DNA from: Flavobacteriales bacterium
Lineage (GTDB): Bacteria > Bacteroidota > Bacteroidia > Flavobacteriales_D > Sanyastnellaceae
Direction: 5' to 3'
NCBI GenBank assembly: GCA_947462725.1
Contig: CANHPZ010000001.1
Span: 3,969 to 67,968, forward strand
DNA: 64,000 nucleotides
Part shown: positions 30,617 to 40,900 of the stretch, in pieces
How positions within the stretch are numbered: position 1 is the stretch's first letter
How the letters are laid out: each line of letters opens with the position of its first letter
Translations under genes and position numbers: made by a program
Notes under the pieces: generated by a model
Database searches by the model: none
What the model saw: only the letters and a program-made list of their open reading frames with translations
Told to the model about the DNA's origin: nothing

Positions 30617-30946
30617 GTGAAAATCCTCTACTTCATATTATCCCTCTGCTTGGCAGGATTATCCGGCTCTATTGCCGCGCACAACCTTCCAGATAGCAAA
30701 TCGATAATTATTGAAGGTGTCGTGTTTGATCGAAATTCGAATGAGACTCTTACCGGCGCCCTTGTTCGTATTCCGGGAACCGATTATTCTACCCTAACCG
30801 ACGAGGACGGATATTTCAAGATTGAATTATACAGCACCCCAGCTGCCCAAATCGAAATTTCCCTTGTCTCCTTTTTCGCAACTACTATAGACATTGCCCA
30901 GCCTTGCGCTTCGGGTCCTATGAATATTTCACTCCTCGAGAAATAG
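30617..30946 (+). CDS. Small secreted carboxypeptidase-regulatory-like domain protein
   Basis: GTG start gives signal peptide MKILYFILSLCLAG; IEGVVFD..SNETLTGALV.I..T..TDEDGYF motif. The ORF track start is 30593. Confidence 0.75.
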   Translation: MKILYFILSLCLAGLSGSIAAHNLPDSKSIIIEGVVFDRNSNETLTGALVRIPGTDYSTLTDEDGYFKIELYSTPAAQIEISLVSFFATTIDIAQPCASGPMNISLLEK

Positions 30947-31054
30947 TTCTTTTTCAAGTCAATTCTGTAAATCTTAACATTGAAATCGAATCTCGATTGT
31001 TTCCTTATTGTTAAGTTTGTGTTTCCCTAGCATGAACACAAATACTATCTTGAC

Positions 31055-31531
31055 ATGAAAAAACTGAATCTTCTGCTTATGGCCCTGACTGTTGCTTCAG
31101 CCAACGTCATCGCTCAAGACTACCCACAGCTGCGCGATGGTGTTTTTTATTCTAACAACGGAACCCTTTTTACAGGCCAAGCAAAAATTGAGGTGAATAC
31201 TCCCGAAGGTAATCAACTGCAGGAAATTCAATCGGTGGATGGATTGCTGCATGGGAGTATTAGCTACTTCAACACAAAAGGTCAACTTACCGAAATAGGT
31301 AACTATGCCATGGGCAAGAAAGAAGGTGTTTGGACACAATTCGGCGCCGCTGGCAACAAGCTTGGAGAAGCTTATTACAAAGACGGCAAGAAGGACGGCA
31401 TTTGGACTGTTTGGGATGAGAAGGGAATTAAGCGCTATCACATGGTCTATAGCATGGGAAAAAAGGTTGACACATGGAAAATGTGGGACGAAAATGAGCA
31501 GCTCGTTTCTGAGCGAATCTTTCAAGAATAA
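31055..31531 (+). CDS. Secreted MORN2-repeat (YwqK-like) protein
   Basis: Signal peptide; repeated Y.dGkk.G.W..wdE.G units. Confidence 0.82.
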   Translation: MKKLNLLLMALTVASANVIAQDYPQLRDGVFYSNNGTLFTGQAKIEVNTPEGNQLQEIQSVDGLLHGSISYFNTKGQLTEIGNYAMGKKEGVWTQFGAAGNKLGEAYYKDGKKDGIWTVWDEKGIKRYHMVYSMGKKVDTWKMWDENEQLVSERIFQE

Positions 31532-32517
31532 TATTTCGCGTATCCCAAGTCCTCAAGCAACTGGTCATTGTTGCTATTGAGCCAAGGCCCATCGAGATCT
31601 GCCCAATTGCATTTCCCAATCAACTGTTCCGCAGCATTGCAGCCTATTGAGGATTCACTCATGCAGCCCATTAGCGCTAGCTTACCGTGTTGCTTCAATA
31701 ACTCGAGCATACGAGCCGCTGGAGTTATACCGCCGCACTTTTGCAACTTCACGTTCACTCCATCAAAACACGTCATTATCTCCATTAAATCGGATTCGCC
31801 TTGACATGCCTCGTCAGCGATAATCGGTATATCCGTGCTTTCCGCTAGATCTCGGCTCCATGCCCTGTCTGCTTTATCAAAAGGCTGCTCAATCAAAATA
31901 CATTGCTCCTCTTCTAGAATCTTCAACATATCTGCAGCTTGCTGTTTGGTCTTCCAAGCCTGATTAGCATCTACTGCAAAGGATAAGTTGGTGATTTTTC
32001 GAAAACCGCTCACAATGCGCTCATCGCATGAGCCATCCAATTTCAGCTTGAAACAAGAAAATCCTGCAGACAAACCAAAACCCACCTTTTCCTGCATTTC
32101 CTCGAATGTGGAAACACCCAATGTATAGGTATGTGGGACTGAGCCTATTTGTTTGGGCCAAAGCAACAAATCAGATATCGATTGCTGCTGCTGCTGTGCA
32201 TAAATCTGCCAGCATGCCATATCGATGGCTGCAATGGCCGGAGCATTGACGGGCAGCAATTCGCACAACATAGCAAACGTGTCATGCGGTGTGATCGCAT
32301 GCAATGCTTCTGATACAATAGGCATATTCAAGACTTCTACAACATCACTTGAGGTAATGCCCAAATACGGCGGTAACGTGGCTTCTCCATAGCCAACGAC
32401 CCCATCCTTTATAATTTTGAGAAAAACAACGTCTGTTCCTGTGCGCTCGCCATGAGCAATTCGAAACGGAAACCGAAAGTTCAATCGAGAAGGGAATATG
32501 TGAATTTCCAAACTCAT
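31522..32517 (-). CDS. Dipeptide epimerase (L-Ala-D/L-Glu epimerase, enolase superfamily)
   Basis: FRIAHG, GYGEA, FKLKL (KxK), VDANQAW, IEQP, IADE, NVKLQKCGG, GCMSES, DLDGP. Confidence 0.88.
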   Translation of the reverse strand: MSLEIHIFPSRLNFRFPFRIAHGERTGTDVVFLKIIKDGVVGYGEATLPPYLGITSSDVVEVLNMPIVSEALHAITPHDTFAMLCELLPVNAPAIAAIDMACWQIYAQQQQQSISDLLLWPKQIGSVPHTYTLGVSTFEEMQEKVGFGLSAGFSCFKLKLDGSCDERIVSGFRKITNLSFAVDANQAWKTKQQAADMLKILEEEQCILIEQPFDKADRAWSRDLAESTDIPIIADEACQGESDLMEIMTCFDGVNVKLQKCGGITPAARMLELLKQHGKLALMGCMSESSIGCNAAEQLIGKCNWADLDGPWLNSNNDQLLEDLGYAKYYS

Positions 32518-33275
32518 ACAATCTTTACAATGAATGATGGATTGACCAAATGCTGTTTGTTGTAATGCTCAAGATTTTCGCACAGATACTCCAGTCGCGC
32601 GCCTGCTTCCTCTACTAAGATATGCCCCGCTGCCGTGTCCCATTCCATGGTTGGGCCACTCCTGAAATACACATCAGCCTGCCCGCTGGCAATCATACAA
32701 AACTTCAATGCACTGCCTACCTTGATGGTTTCAGCAATTGGAAATTGACTCAAAAACACACGCTCTTCATCCGACCCATGGGAACCACTGCCCACAGCTA
32801 TCCAATCCGTCTCCTTTCGGTTGGCGCTTATCCGGCATGAATCACCATCTTGATATATATATGCCCCACGACCATGTGCTGCCCAATACGTGCAACCCAT
32901 TACCGGAACATGAATAAAACCCAGCACGGGTCGTCCATTCTCAATTAAGGCAAGATTTATTGTGAACTGATCATTTCGCTTGATAAACTCCCTGGTTCCA
33001 TCCAATGGATCCAAGCACCAATAGCGTTGCCAATGCCTGCGTTCTTCAAATGGCAACTGTACTGCCTCTTCCGACATCACAGGGATACCAGGAAAATCAA
33101 GAATTAGTTGAGAGGCCAAGTATTCATGTGAACGCTTATCCGCCACCGTTAGAGGTGACAGATCATCCTTCCATTCGATTTCTGCCGCAAATTCCTCGTT
33201 GTTGTATACTTCCAAGATCTGCTCGGCCGCCTTATTCAACAAGCCAATTATTTTATTTATTTCCGCAATTATCAT
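32514..33275 (-). CDS. cysQ: 3'(2'),5'-bisphosphate nucleotidase
   Basis: SPLTVAD, SEE, WCLDPLDGTREF, GSALKFC, EWDTAAGH. Confidence 0.92.
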   Translation of the reverse strand: MIIAEINKIIGLLNKAAEQILEVYNNEEFAAEIEWKDDLSPLTVADKRSHEYLASQLILDFPGIPVMSEEAVQLPFEERRHWQRYWCLDPLDGTREFIKRNDQFTINLALIENGRPVLGFIHVPVMGCTYWAAHGRGAYIYQDGDSCRISANRKETDWIAVGSGSHGSDEERVFLSQFPIAETIKVGSALKFCMIASGQADVYFRSGPTMEWDTAAGHILVEEAGARLEYLCENLEHYNKQHLVNPSFIVKIV

Positions 33276-33389
33276 CCTTCTATTACCGCAATTAGATTCG
33301 AGCAGAAAAATAGCTATAAAGCCCTTGCCATTCCCTAACGCGTGTATAATGAAAAACCTATTATTTTAGCGGCTTATTCAAAAGAACCT

Positions 33390-34367
33390 ATGAGAGAGAT
33401 ACAATTCCGCGAAGCCATTTGCGAGGCCATGTCCGAAGAAATGCGCAGAGACACATCCGTTTTTCTATTGGGCGAGGAAGTCGCCGAATACAACGGAGCC
33501 TATAAAGCATCCAAGGGAATGCTTGATGAATTCGGCGCAAAGCGTGTCATCGACACCCCCATTGCAGAGCTTGGTTTTTCCGGAATTGCCGTAGGTGCCG
33601 CTATGAATGGCTTGCGTCCAATTGTGGAATTCATGACATGGAATTTCGCCATTCTCGCAGCAGACCAAATCATCAACTCTGCGGCGAAAATGCTTCAGAT
33701 GAGCGGCGGACAATACAATGTTCCTATCGTGTTCCGCGGTCCTAATGGACAAGCAGGACAACTGGCAGCAACGCACTCTCAGAGCTTCGAATCAATGTAT
33801 GCGCACATTCCAGGCTTGAAGGTCATTACACCATCCAACCCATATGACGCTAAGGGCCTATTGAAAGCTGCCATTCGCGACAATGATCCTGTGGTGTTTT
33901 TTGAAAGTGAAAAAATGTATGGCGACAAAGGCCTCGTGCCCGATGGCGAATACATTATCCCAATTGGTTTGGCCGATGTGAAAAAAGAGGGTACAGACGT
34001 TACGCTGGTTTCTTTTGGTAAAATCATGAAGACCGCTCTGGCAGCGGCACAAGAACTCGAGAAGGAAGGAATCAGCATGGAGGTAATTGATTTACGTACA
34101 ATTCGTCCGCTCGATATCGATACCATAATTCAGTCGGTGAAAAAAACCAATCGCCTGATTATCCTTGAGGAATCTTGGCCGGTAGCTAGCATCTCGACTG
34201 AAATTGCGTATCGCGTTCAGCGCAACGCCTTCGACCATCTTGATGCACCCATTCGCCGACTCACTCAAACCGATACTCCGTTTGCTTTCGCAACATCTCT
34301 CATTGATGCTGCTCTTCCGCAAGTGGCCGACGTAGTTCGTGTTGCAAAAGAAGTAATGTATCGTTAA
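33390..34367 (+). CDS. pdhB: Pyruvate dehydrogenase E1 beta subunit
   Basis: MREIQFREA, GEEVAEYNGAYK, DTPIAE, EFMTWNF, ATHSQ. Start reassigned to 33390. Confidence 0.93.
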   Translation: MREIQFREAICEAMSEEMRRDTSVFLLGEEVAEYNGAYKASKGMLDEFGAKRVIDTPIAELGFSGIAVGAAMNGLRPIVEFMTWNFAILAADQIINSAAKMLQMSGGQYNVPIVFRGPNGQAGQLAATHSQSFESMYAHIPGLKVITPSNPYDAKGLLKAAIRDNDPVVFFESEKMYGDKGLVPDGEYIIPIGLADVKKEGTDVTLVSFGKIMKTALAAAQELEKEGISMEVIDLRTIRPLDIDTIIQSVKKTNRLIILEESWPVASISTEIAYRVQRNAFDHLDAPIRRLTQTDTPFAFATSLIDAALPQVADVVRVAKEVMYR

Positions 34368-34394
34368 GCGATACCTTTCTCCAAAAAGAATTAC

Positions 34395-34431
34395 GAAAAG
34401 GTGATGCCCGCTATCGGCGCATCACCTTTTC
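34395..34431. terminator. Hairpin between convergent pdhB and cytochrome genes (overlaps the last cytochrome codons)
   Basis: GAAAAGGTGATGC-N11-GCATCACCTTTTC, a perfect 13-bp stem. Confidence 0.75.
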
Positions 34432-36399
34432 TATTTTACGACCACGCGAAGTTTGCACATCAAGCAAATACATGCCTGAAATCACTGGCAGTCGAATGGG
34501 TGTCTTGGAATTACTCGGACGCACTGTTTCAACTAACTTCCCTTCCATTGTATAGACGCTTACTTGCTGAATAATATCGCTTCCGGCATTTACCCACACC
34601 AATCCGCTTGCGGTAGGGTTAGGAGAAACCGAGAACAAGCGTGAGCGATCTGCGATACTAGTGATGGTTGACTGAACAGAAGAGCTCGCCATTTGCACCG
34701 GATCAGGACCTTCTTGCCAATACATCTCCTCAAATGAATTGATCAACGGATGATCCATCGCGAACATTTCTTGATTCCATTTGGGCGGTAAGGATTGATA
34801 CCAGAGGCGCGCAGTAATGGTAACGTTACCCGTCACGCCATCAAGCGGAACGTGGTAATGAATTTCATCCGTACCGGAACCCTCTAAGCCATTAAAAACA
34901 TTGAAGTTGGGGTCGGTTGCTGCAGCACCAACAACCATCGTAGTATCGTAGGCTGCGTGTGTTGTTGAAAATCCTGCAGGCACCAAGCGATTATCCTTGA
35001 TCATATGATGCGCTCGCTCAAGCACCGTGGTCACATTGCCTATCACATCACCCATGACCATTTCATATATCTGCACCTCATTCGCATCGTCCGTGATAAG
35101 ATCATAGTGGGGCTCCCAAGTTGGGTCTTGACCCTGCACCTCATAATCCGTGTTGATTTTGCCAGAATGGAAAACTTCATTGCCATCTTCATCCGTCATT
35201 ACGAACTCCACAAACGCACGGCGGGCTGGGTAACCGCTGGGCAGTTTATGTCCCGCCAAGTTGGTTAGCTTAACCGTATACCGTGCTGTATCACTATCAA
35301 TGGCTCCTTCTACAACTTGCAGCGTTGCTGAGTGGTTCTGTAAATTGTCGATGGTGCGGTTAATCACTGTTTGGAAATGGTTCTCGTTGGCAGTAAGGCC
35401 CAACTCATCAATGCGATTCTTCATCAATTCGAGCATAAAACTATTGCCCCCAACAAACCAGTGTTGCCCAAACGGCTCGCGGCCAGGCAACCAATCATAT
35501 CCTGAGGCTACAATAATGGGTTCTTGCGTGCGCGGCATATGGCACGTTTGACATTCTTGCGCAGTCAAGTCTTCGGTATTATATGAGCTGTTCAGCCACT
35601 CATGATAAGTTGCCTGCTCTATGAACCTAGTCCCCGTGGCTGCGCCTTGCAAATCCGCAGTATTGGTAACTAGTGTATGACAACCTGCGCAAACTTCTGA
35701 TTTGGAAACCTTCGAACTAGGTATTGGAGAAAGCCCAACAAAGTTCGCCATAATAAAATCCTGCAAGGGCAAACCGTCCTTCGCTATGCTAAAAACCGGC
35801 CCCCAAATGGTATCGGGATTATAGTGCAGTTCTCCAGAAAAAGTTAGGCCTGCGGTTTCAATTTGTTGGGCATGGCAAGCCATGCAACTCACCCCATCAC
35901 GCGCCAAAGAATCTGCATCTAGCATCTCTGTGGTGAAGTATTCTATGCCGTCATGGGCTGCTTCAAAACGCCCTAAGGGAGCGTGGCAAGACGTACATTT
36001 ATTTGTCAGTTCGCCAGCATGACCCGGATTAACCAGAGTCTCATGTGCGAGTTTCGCCCGCCACATAGGATCTTTGGCCGAGTTTGCCATCATTGTGGCC
36101 CTCCAGTTCTCTGTTGGTCCAACATTTTCACCTGCGCTGTTGACCAGTGCCAAAGGTGGATTCAAAACATCCATATCTACGCCATGGCATCCTGCGCAAC
36201 GACCTGACCCCATAAACATGTCGCTAACTCCGGTTGGCAAATCACCCAACAACACCTTGTATTGGCCCAATTCAGCACCGCTATGATAGCCCTTCGGCTT
36301 GCGTTTCTGATATGCTGCTGTAAACAAAACAAATACAATGGCAGCAAAGGATAGAACCCAAAACTTGGGACTTCCTTTCATGCGGTTCCAAAACTTCAT
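34411..36399 (-). CDS. Multiheme c-type cytochrome (5 CxxCH) with C-terminal T9SS type A sorting domain
   Basis: CAGCH, CTSCH, CMACH, CAGCH, CQTCH; N-terminal hydrophobic export segment; C-terminal VSPNPT..VSVYTMEGKLV..SGMYLL..KVMRR. Start set at MKFWNR. Confidence 0.85.
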   Translation of the reverse strand: MKFWNRMKGSPKFWVLSFAAIVFVLFTAAYQKRKPKGYHSGAELGQYKVLLGDLPTGVSDMFMGSGRCAGCHGVDMDVLNPPLALVNSAGENVGPTENWRATMMANSAKDPMWRAKLAHETLVNPGHAGELTNKCTSCHAPLGRFEAAHDGIEYFTTEMLDADSLARDGVSCMACHAQQIETAGLTFSGELHYNPDTIWGPVFSIAKDGLPLQDFIMANFVGLSPIPSSKVSKSEVCAGCHTLVTNTADLQGAATGTRFIEQATYHEWLNSSYNTEDLTAQECQTCHMPRTQEPIIVASGYDWLPGREPFGQHWFVGGNSFMLELMKNRIDELGLTANENHFQTVINRTIDNLQNHSATLQVVEGAIDSDTARYTVKLTNLAGHKLPSGYPARRAFVEFVMTDEDGNEVFHSGKINTDYEVQGQDPTWEPHYDLITDDANEVQIYEMVMGDVIGNVTTVLERAHHMIKDNRLVPAGFSTTHAAYDTTMVVGAAATDPNFNVFNGLEGSGTDEIHYHVPLDGVTGNVTITARLWYQSLPPKWNQEMFAMDHPLINSFEEMYWQEGPDPVQMASSSVQSTITSIADRSRLFSVSPNPTASGLVWVNAGSDIIQQVSVYTMEGKLVETVRPSNSKTPIRLPVISGMYLLDVQTSRGRKIEKVMRR

Positions 36400-36460
36400 A
36401 AGATCATTTTGTGTTTGAACATCGAAAATACAATTGGCAGCATTAAACACCCGAACATGT

Positions 36461-36757
36461 TTACCAAACCTCCAATTTCTCAACGGCTATTATTTCAAGT
36501 AATACATTGATGCTATCAAGAATCTTGGTTTTTTGATACGAAAGTTCCTGCTTCAGTGGACCACTATCCATCTTTAGAACAAGTATCTTCCCATGCAGTT
36601 TGCATTCACGTGTTTTCTTCCAAATAATTTCTCCGACAACTTCCCGATAGCAGCGCACAACTTCCATCTCGTGATATCGTTCTTCCAAACCATTGCGGCG
36701 CAGGATTTCAGCAATCACACTCTTCAAATCCGTATCTGTGTATTTGCGTGTTGACAT
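36461..36757 (-). CDS. DUF721 / DciA-like protein
   Basis: 98 aa; EVVG...L.L...S.PLKQELSY.K.KI pattern; lies directly downstream of recF, as is usual. Confidence 0.8.
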   Translation of the reverse strand: MSTRKYTDTDLKSVIAEILRRNGLEERYHEMEVVRCYREVVGEIIWKKTRECKLHGKILVLKMDSGPLKQELSYQKTKILDSINVLLEIIAVEKLEVW

Positions 36758-36778
36758 GGCTACAAATATGCGTCGGAA

Positions 36779-37903
36779 TTACTGCGCAACAGGTTGCAGT
36801 TTTCCACCATCCACTTGCCAAGCCAAAAAACTCATATCACGCTCTTTGAGCATGGCCGGCACCCGATCCAAACTGGTATCTGTAATGAAGATTTGACCCA
36901 GGCCATTCTTTTGAACCCAAGTGAGAATATTCTTTACGCGATGCTCATCTATCTTGTCGAAAAAATCGTCGAGCATCAACAGAGGATTCATGCCTAAATG
37001 CTCACGCAGAAAAAGAAATTGCGCGAATTTCAAGGCAAACAGAAATGACTTTTGTTGCCCTTGTGATGCAAACTTTTTTAGTGGATGACCCGCAATCAAA
37101 AACTCCAAATCATCGCGATGCACACCAGTGGATGTCCGCTCCAACGCACGATCTCTTCGCTCATTTTGTTTGAGCAATGCCTCCATACTCGAATCTTGCA
37201 ATTCGCTGCTGTATGCAATAGAAACGCTTTCCGCACCTCCGCAAACCTCCGCATATACACGATTAAATACCGAAGAAAAATCATGCATGAACCGCTTGCG
37301 TTCCTCATAAATAAATGTACCGCGCTCGATCAATTGCATATCCCATAACTCAATAAACTCGTCAGGAAAATGCGCTTGCTTGGCATACGTCTTCAACACC
37401 GTATTGCGCTGCAATAGGGCATGATTATAGGCCACTAATTCATCCAAATACTTTCGCGAAAATTGAGACAAGGTGCTATCCATAAACTTCCTGCGCACTT
37501 CACTACCTTCCCAGATGAGTTCTATGTCGTATGGGGTAACCATGATGCATGGCAGTAATCCTATATGCTCGAGAAGGCGATCATACTCCTTCTGATTGCG
37601 CTTAAATACTTTGCGTTGATTGCGTTTCAATGCGCATACAATATGCTCTTGAATTCCCTTTCGGAGAAAATCACCGGTAATGGCAAACTGCTGCTGATCG
37701 AAAGCAATGTTTTGCGAATCAATGGGATTAAAATAACTCTTGCAATTACTGAGATAATGAATAGCATCGAGCAAATTTGTTTTGCCCGAACCGTTCACCC
37801 CCAAAAAGCAAATTACTTGAGCTCTCGTATCTAAAGAAAGCTCCTCGTAGTTCTTGAAGTTGTATAGCGTAAGACGCTCTAAGCGCAAATCTTCCATGAC
37901 CAA
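36779..37903 (-). CDS. recF: DNA replication and repair protein RecF
   Basis: NFKNY, GVNGSGKTNLLDAI, QRN, GVHRDDL, SQGQQKS, LMLDD. Confidence 0.95.
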   Translation of the reverse strand: MVMEDLRLERLTLYNFKNYEELSLDTRAQVICFLGVNGSGKTNLLDAIHYLSNCKSYFNPIDSQNIAFDQQQFAITGDFLRKGIQEHIVCALKRNQRKVFKRNQKEYDRLLEHIGLLPCIMVTPYDIELIWEGSEVRRKFMDSTLSQFSRKYLDELVAYNHALLQRNTVLKTYAKQAHFPDEFIELWDMQLIERGTFIYEERKRFMHDFSSVFNRVYAEVCGGAESVSIAYSSELQDSSMEALLKQNERRDRALERTSTGVHRDDLEFLIAGHPLKKFASQGQQKSFLFALKFAQFLFLREHLGMNPLLMLDDFFDKIDEHRVKNILTWVQKNGLGQIFITDTSLDRVPAMLKERDMSFLAWQVDGGKLQPVAQ

Positions 37904-40900
37904 TCAATACCATTGCACATTAAAATCTGAACCTCCCGAGCCAAAATTCACATACTCCCGATTTTGCTCCTCCATGTATAGAAATTCCTTTTCGAATTCC
38001 TCCATCGCATTTTCATTGGTGTCGAGTACGATGTTGCGATCAGACTCTAAGAACATTGGCCAAATATCAGATTGATCGCGGGCATCAAACGCCAGCACCT
38101 TGCCAAGCCACTGGTTCGACTTCTTCATATGAGTCTTACAGTAATACACCTGAATTGGCACGCCGCGAATACTTTTAGCGAAACTCGAAACAACGGATAT
38201 CGAATCTACAAGATTTGACTCCTCATCATCTGTCATTTTCAAATAAACGTCAATCATTTCTTCGCGTGTGCGATAAGGCGCTGGCATACGCTCAACTTGT
38301 TTTTCCTTGTGCAGCAGACGATACAACTCATGAACATACTCTCTGTTGCGAGCAACTTTTGCCAAGACAGAATCGGAAACCGTCATATTGTGTGCAAAAT
38401 CGAACGCTATCATATCGAGCACCAGACCTTGCTTTTTCGACGAGTACACTTTTTTGAAAAACGCTTCTACGTCTTTCTCTTTGCGCAGAGGTTGCAGAAG
38501 GGCGCAATAATCCATGAGCACATCGCTATTGAACGCATACCCTCCCTCCAAGCTTGCGTTGAGGCGCTTCAGTTCATTGCGAGCCTCAACAAGCAACTGC
38601 GGCACATATAAACGATATACTGGCGGCTTAAGCCAACCACTATCGGCAGCTGCCGCCATAAGATGATAGATGCTCTCTTCATATTCATCGATTGCCAACA
38701 GCTGCATCAACTTAGGAATTAGTGGTGTTGCTAATCGCACAGAATCAAACAACAGCTCGCAACCGCTTCCACCCATTTCATCAAATACTATCGGCGGTTC
38801 TTCGACCACCAAATTGCCATATGCCTGCCAGGCCGATTTTGTTTTTATCTGAAGCAAAACGGTCAGTAAATCGAGCTGATACTGGGCACTATCCGCAAAC
38901 GAATTAAACTCCTTCGTAATAAATTCAACATTTGCGGCACTCGTATCGCTGGCCAAGCCATAAATCAGCTTATTGCGAATTAGTTGCTCTTCATAAACGT
39001 CATAATCGTTGAGATGAGCAAGCGCATCGCGAATTCGACCTCCCGAGGAAGCTGAAAAATCCATCTCCGATGTAATCTCCACCGCTTTTCTGCGCATCAC
39101 AGAATCGCTGCTGAGTAATGCATCCAAATAGGCGCCATCACGACAATCGAAATGGGGATATGGAAAAATCGTATCGGTTGATTGAAAGGAATCAAACACA
39201 CGCTGCACGAAATCGCCCGGCCCCAAAACAGAGTCATAAGTTGCCGTTAGGTGGTACATCGACTTGTTGTGCAAAAGCATGCGATGCATGTAGCGACGGG
39301 TGCAAGAAGTATCGCCAACCGTGTAATTCAGCACAGCACCATCTGAAATCCATTGCTCATTCGATTGCAGCATTTGCATATCAACTCCCAGAACCATTTC
39401 TCGTTTTTCGCGAACAAAAGAAGAGGTATCCTCTCCGTCGGAAAACTCATGATAACGCTGAAAGTCGACCACAACTTGAGCTGCCTCTCCAGGTGGATTT
39501 AATACATACGCGGCATTGGTACCAAAAGGTGTGTTCGGATCAGCTACCGGTTCCGGGTTAAAGAAGAGCATCTCGGTGGAGAGGGCGGAAGCTTGTGGCA
39601 CGTAGGGCAGATCAACTGAAAAAAACAACTCCTCGTTGCGATACGTGCTGAAAGATGAATGGCTAGGCATTTCACAATGCAAAGACGCAAAGAACTCTGC
39701 CGAACGCAGTGAATCAACATCATTGGTTGCTGCGGCGTAATAATTCAAACCTTGTATGATAAATCGAACTTGCACAGGGTTTTTGCCATCGGAAAGCTTG
39801 GCATCCAAAACCGGTAAACCTTGGACTGATGTGAACGCGGTCGATTCAATATGCAGTTGTCGATCATCACAATAGGCGCGCAATAGACGTTCCAGTTCAT
39901 ACCGATCCTCATCAAGAAAACCGGGATCATCAATGATGTGTCGCTGCAACAGGTAATAGTAATTCTCGTCTACCCCTCCCGAAACAACCTCCAAATCGGC
40001 ATCACGCAAACGCTCGATCTCATGTCGATAAAAGACACGATGCCCTGGCATTATCGCGCTGCAAGAACCATCAGGGGCTTGCCATGTTTGCGCTTCACTT
40101 TCAACAGTGGCCACCTCAAGCTTCTCAAAAAAAGGAGAGCCGAAACCCTGTCTAACTTTACTTCCCGGCGCAGACAACTTCATTACAAGAACCTCTTCCG
40201 GCAGCACCACGATTCGATACCTCTGGTAATCGCCGCGCCGAGTGCGGCTGGTTGCGTCTATACCGGGGTATTTGCCTACATGAATTTTTTCGTTAGAAAC
40301 TATTTCACCGGCAATAGTCTCATAGAGCATTCCCTCAATCAGACCGAGCACATCATCGTTGCTGAAACCACTTACGCTGGCGTAAGACTTCAATCGCATT
40401 ACCGTGTAGCTTGCGCCATTGGCTATATCAAGCGCAATCCATGATGTGGCCGATGACATCGCATCAAGCTGATAAACTTTGGTTGGTGTTTGAAACTTCA
40501 GCTGACCATCAGCTGTGGTATGTGTGGTGAACTCACGATTGAACGTGCGCTCATCAAACTCTTTGCGACGCTTCGCATTTCGCATTCCCTTCTGAACCGG
40601 ATCTACCCGGTACCCCATTGAGCGTAAAATTTCGATTACGCCATTCTCGCCGGGCAAGTGCGCACAACCCATCGCAGCAAAAAGTGACTTACCCCCGCGT
40701 AAGACGCTATCCATGGAGTGAATAAATACCTTGTTTCGCTCTTCAAGAATGTACTTGCGAAAAGCCGCGCTAGATGTGATCCGAGTGAGCGAATCAATCA
40801 AATCAAGGTCTTGATTGCGATACGCCGGCTCCAGTTGCATTTGGAGCAAATCCAATTCCGCTATATCACCTTCGTCCCATTCTCGAGTATCCTCTTGCAT

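Noticed and set aside
31055..31531. YwqK-like protein as the antitoxin of a TA system
   Set aside because: It has a signal peptide and no adjacent toxin; MORN2 proteins are common in Bacteroidota.
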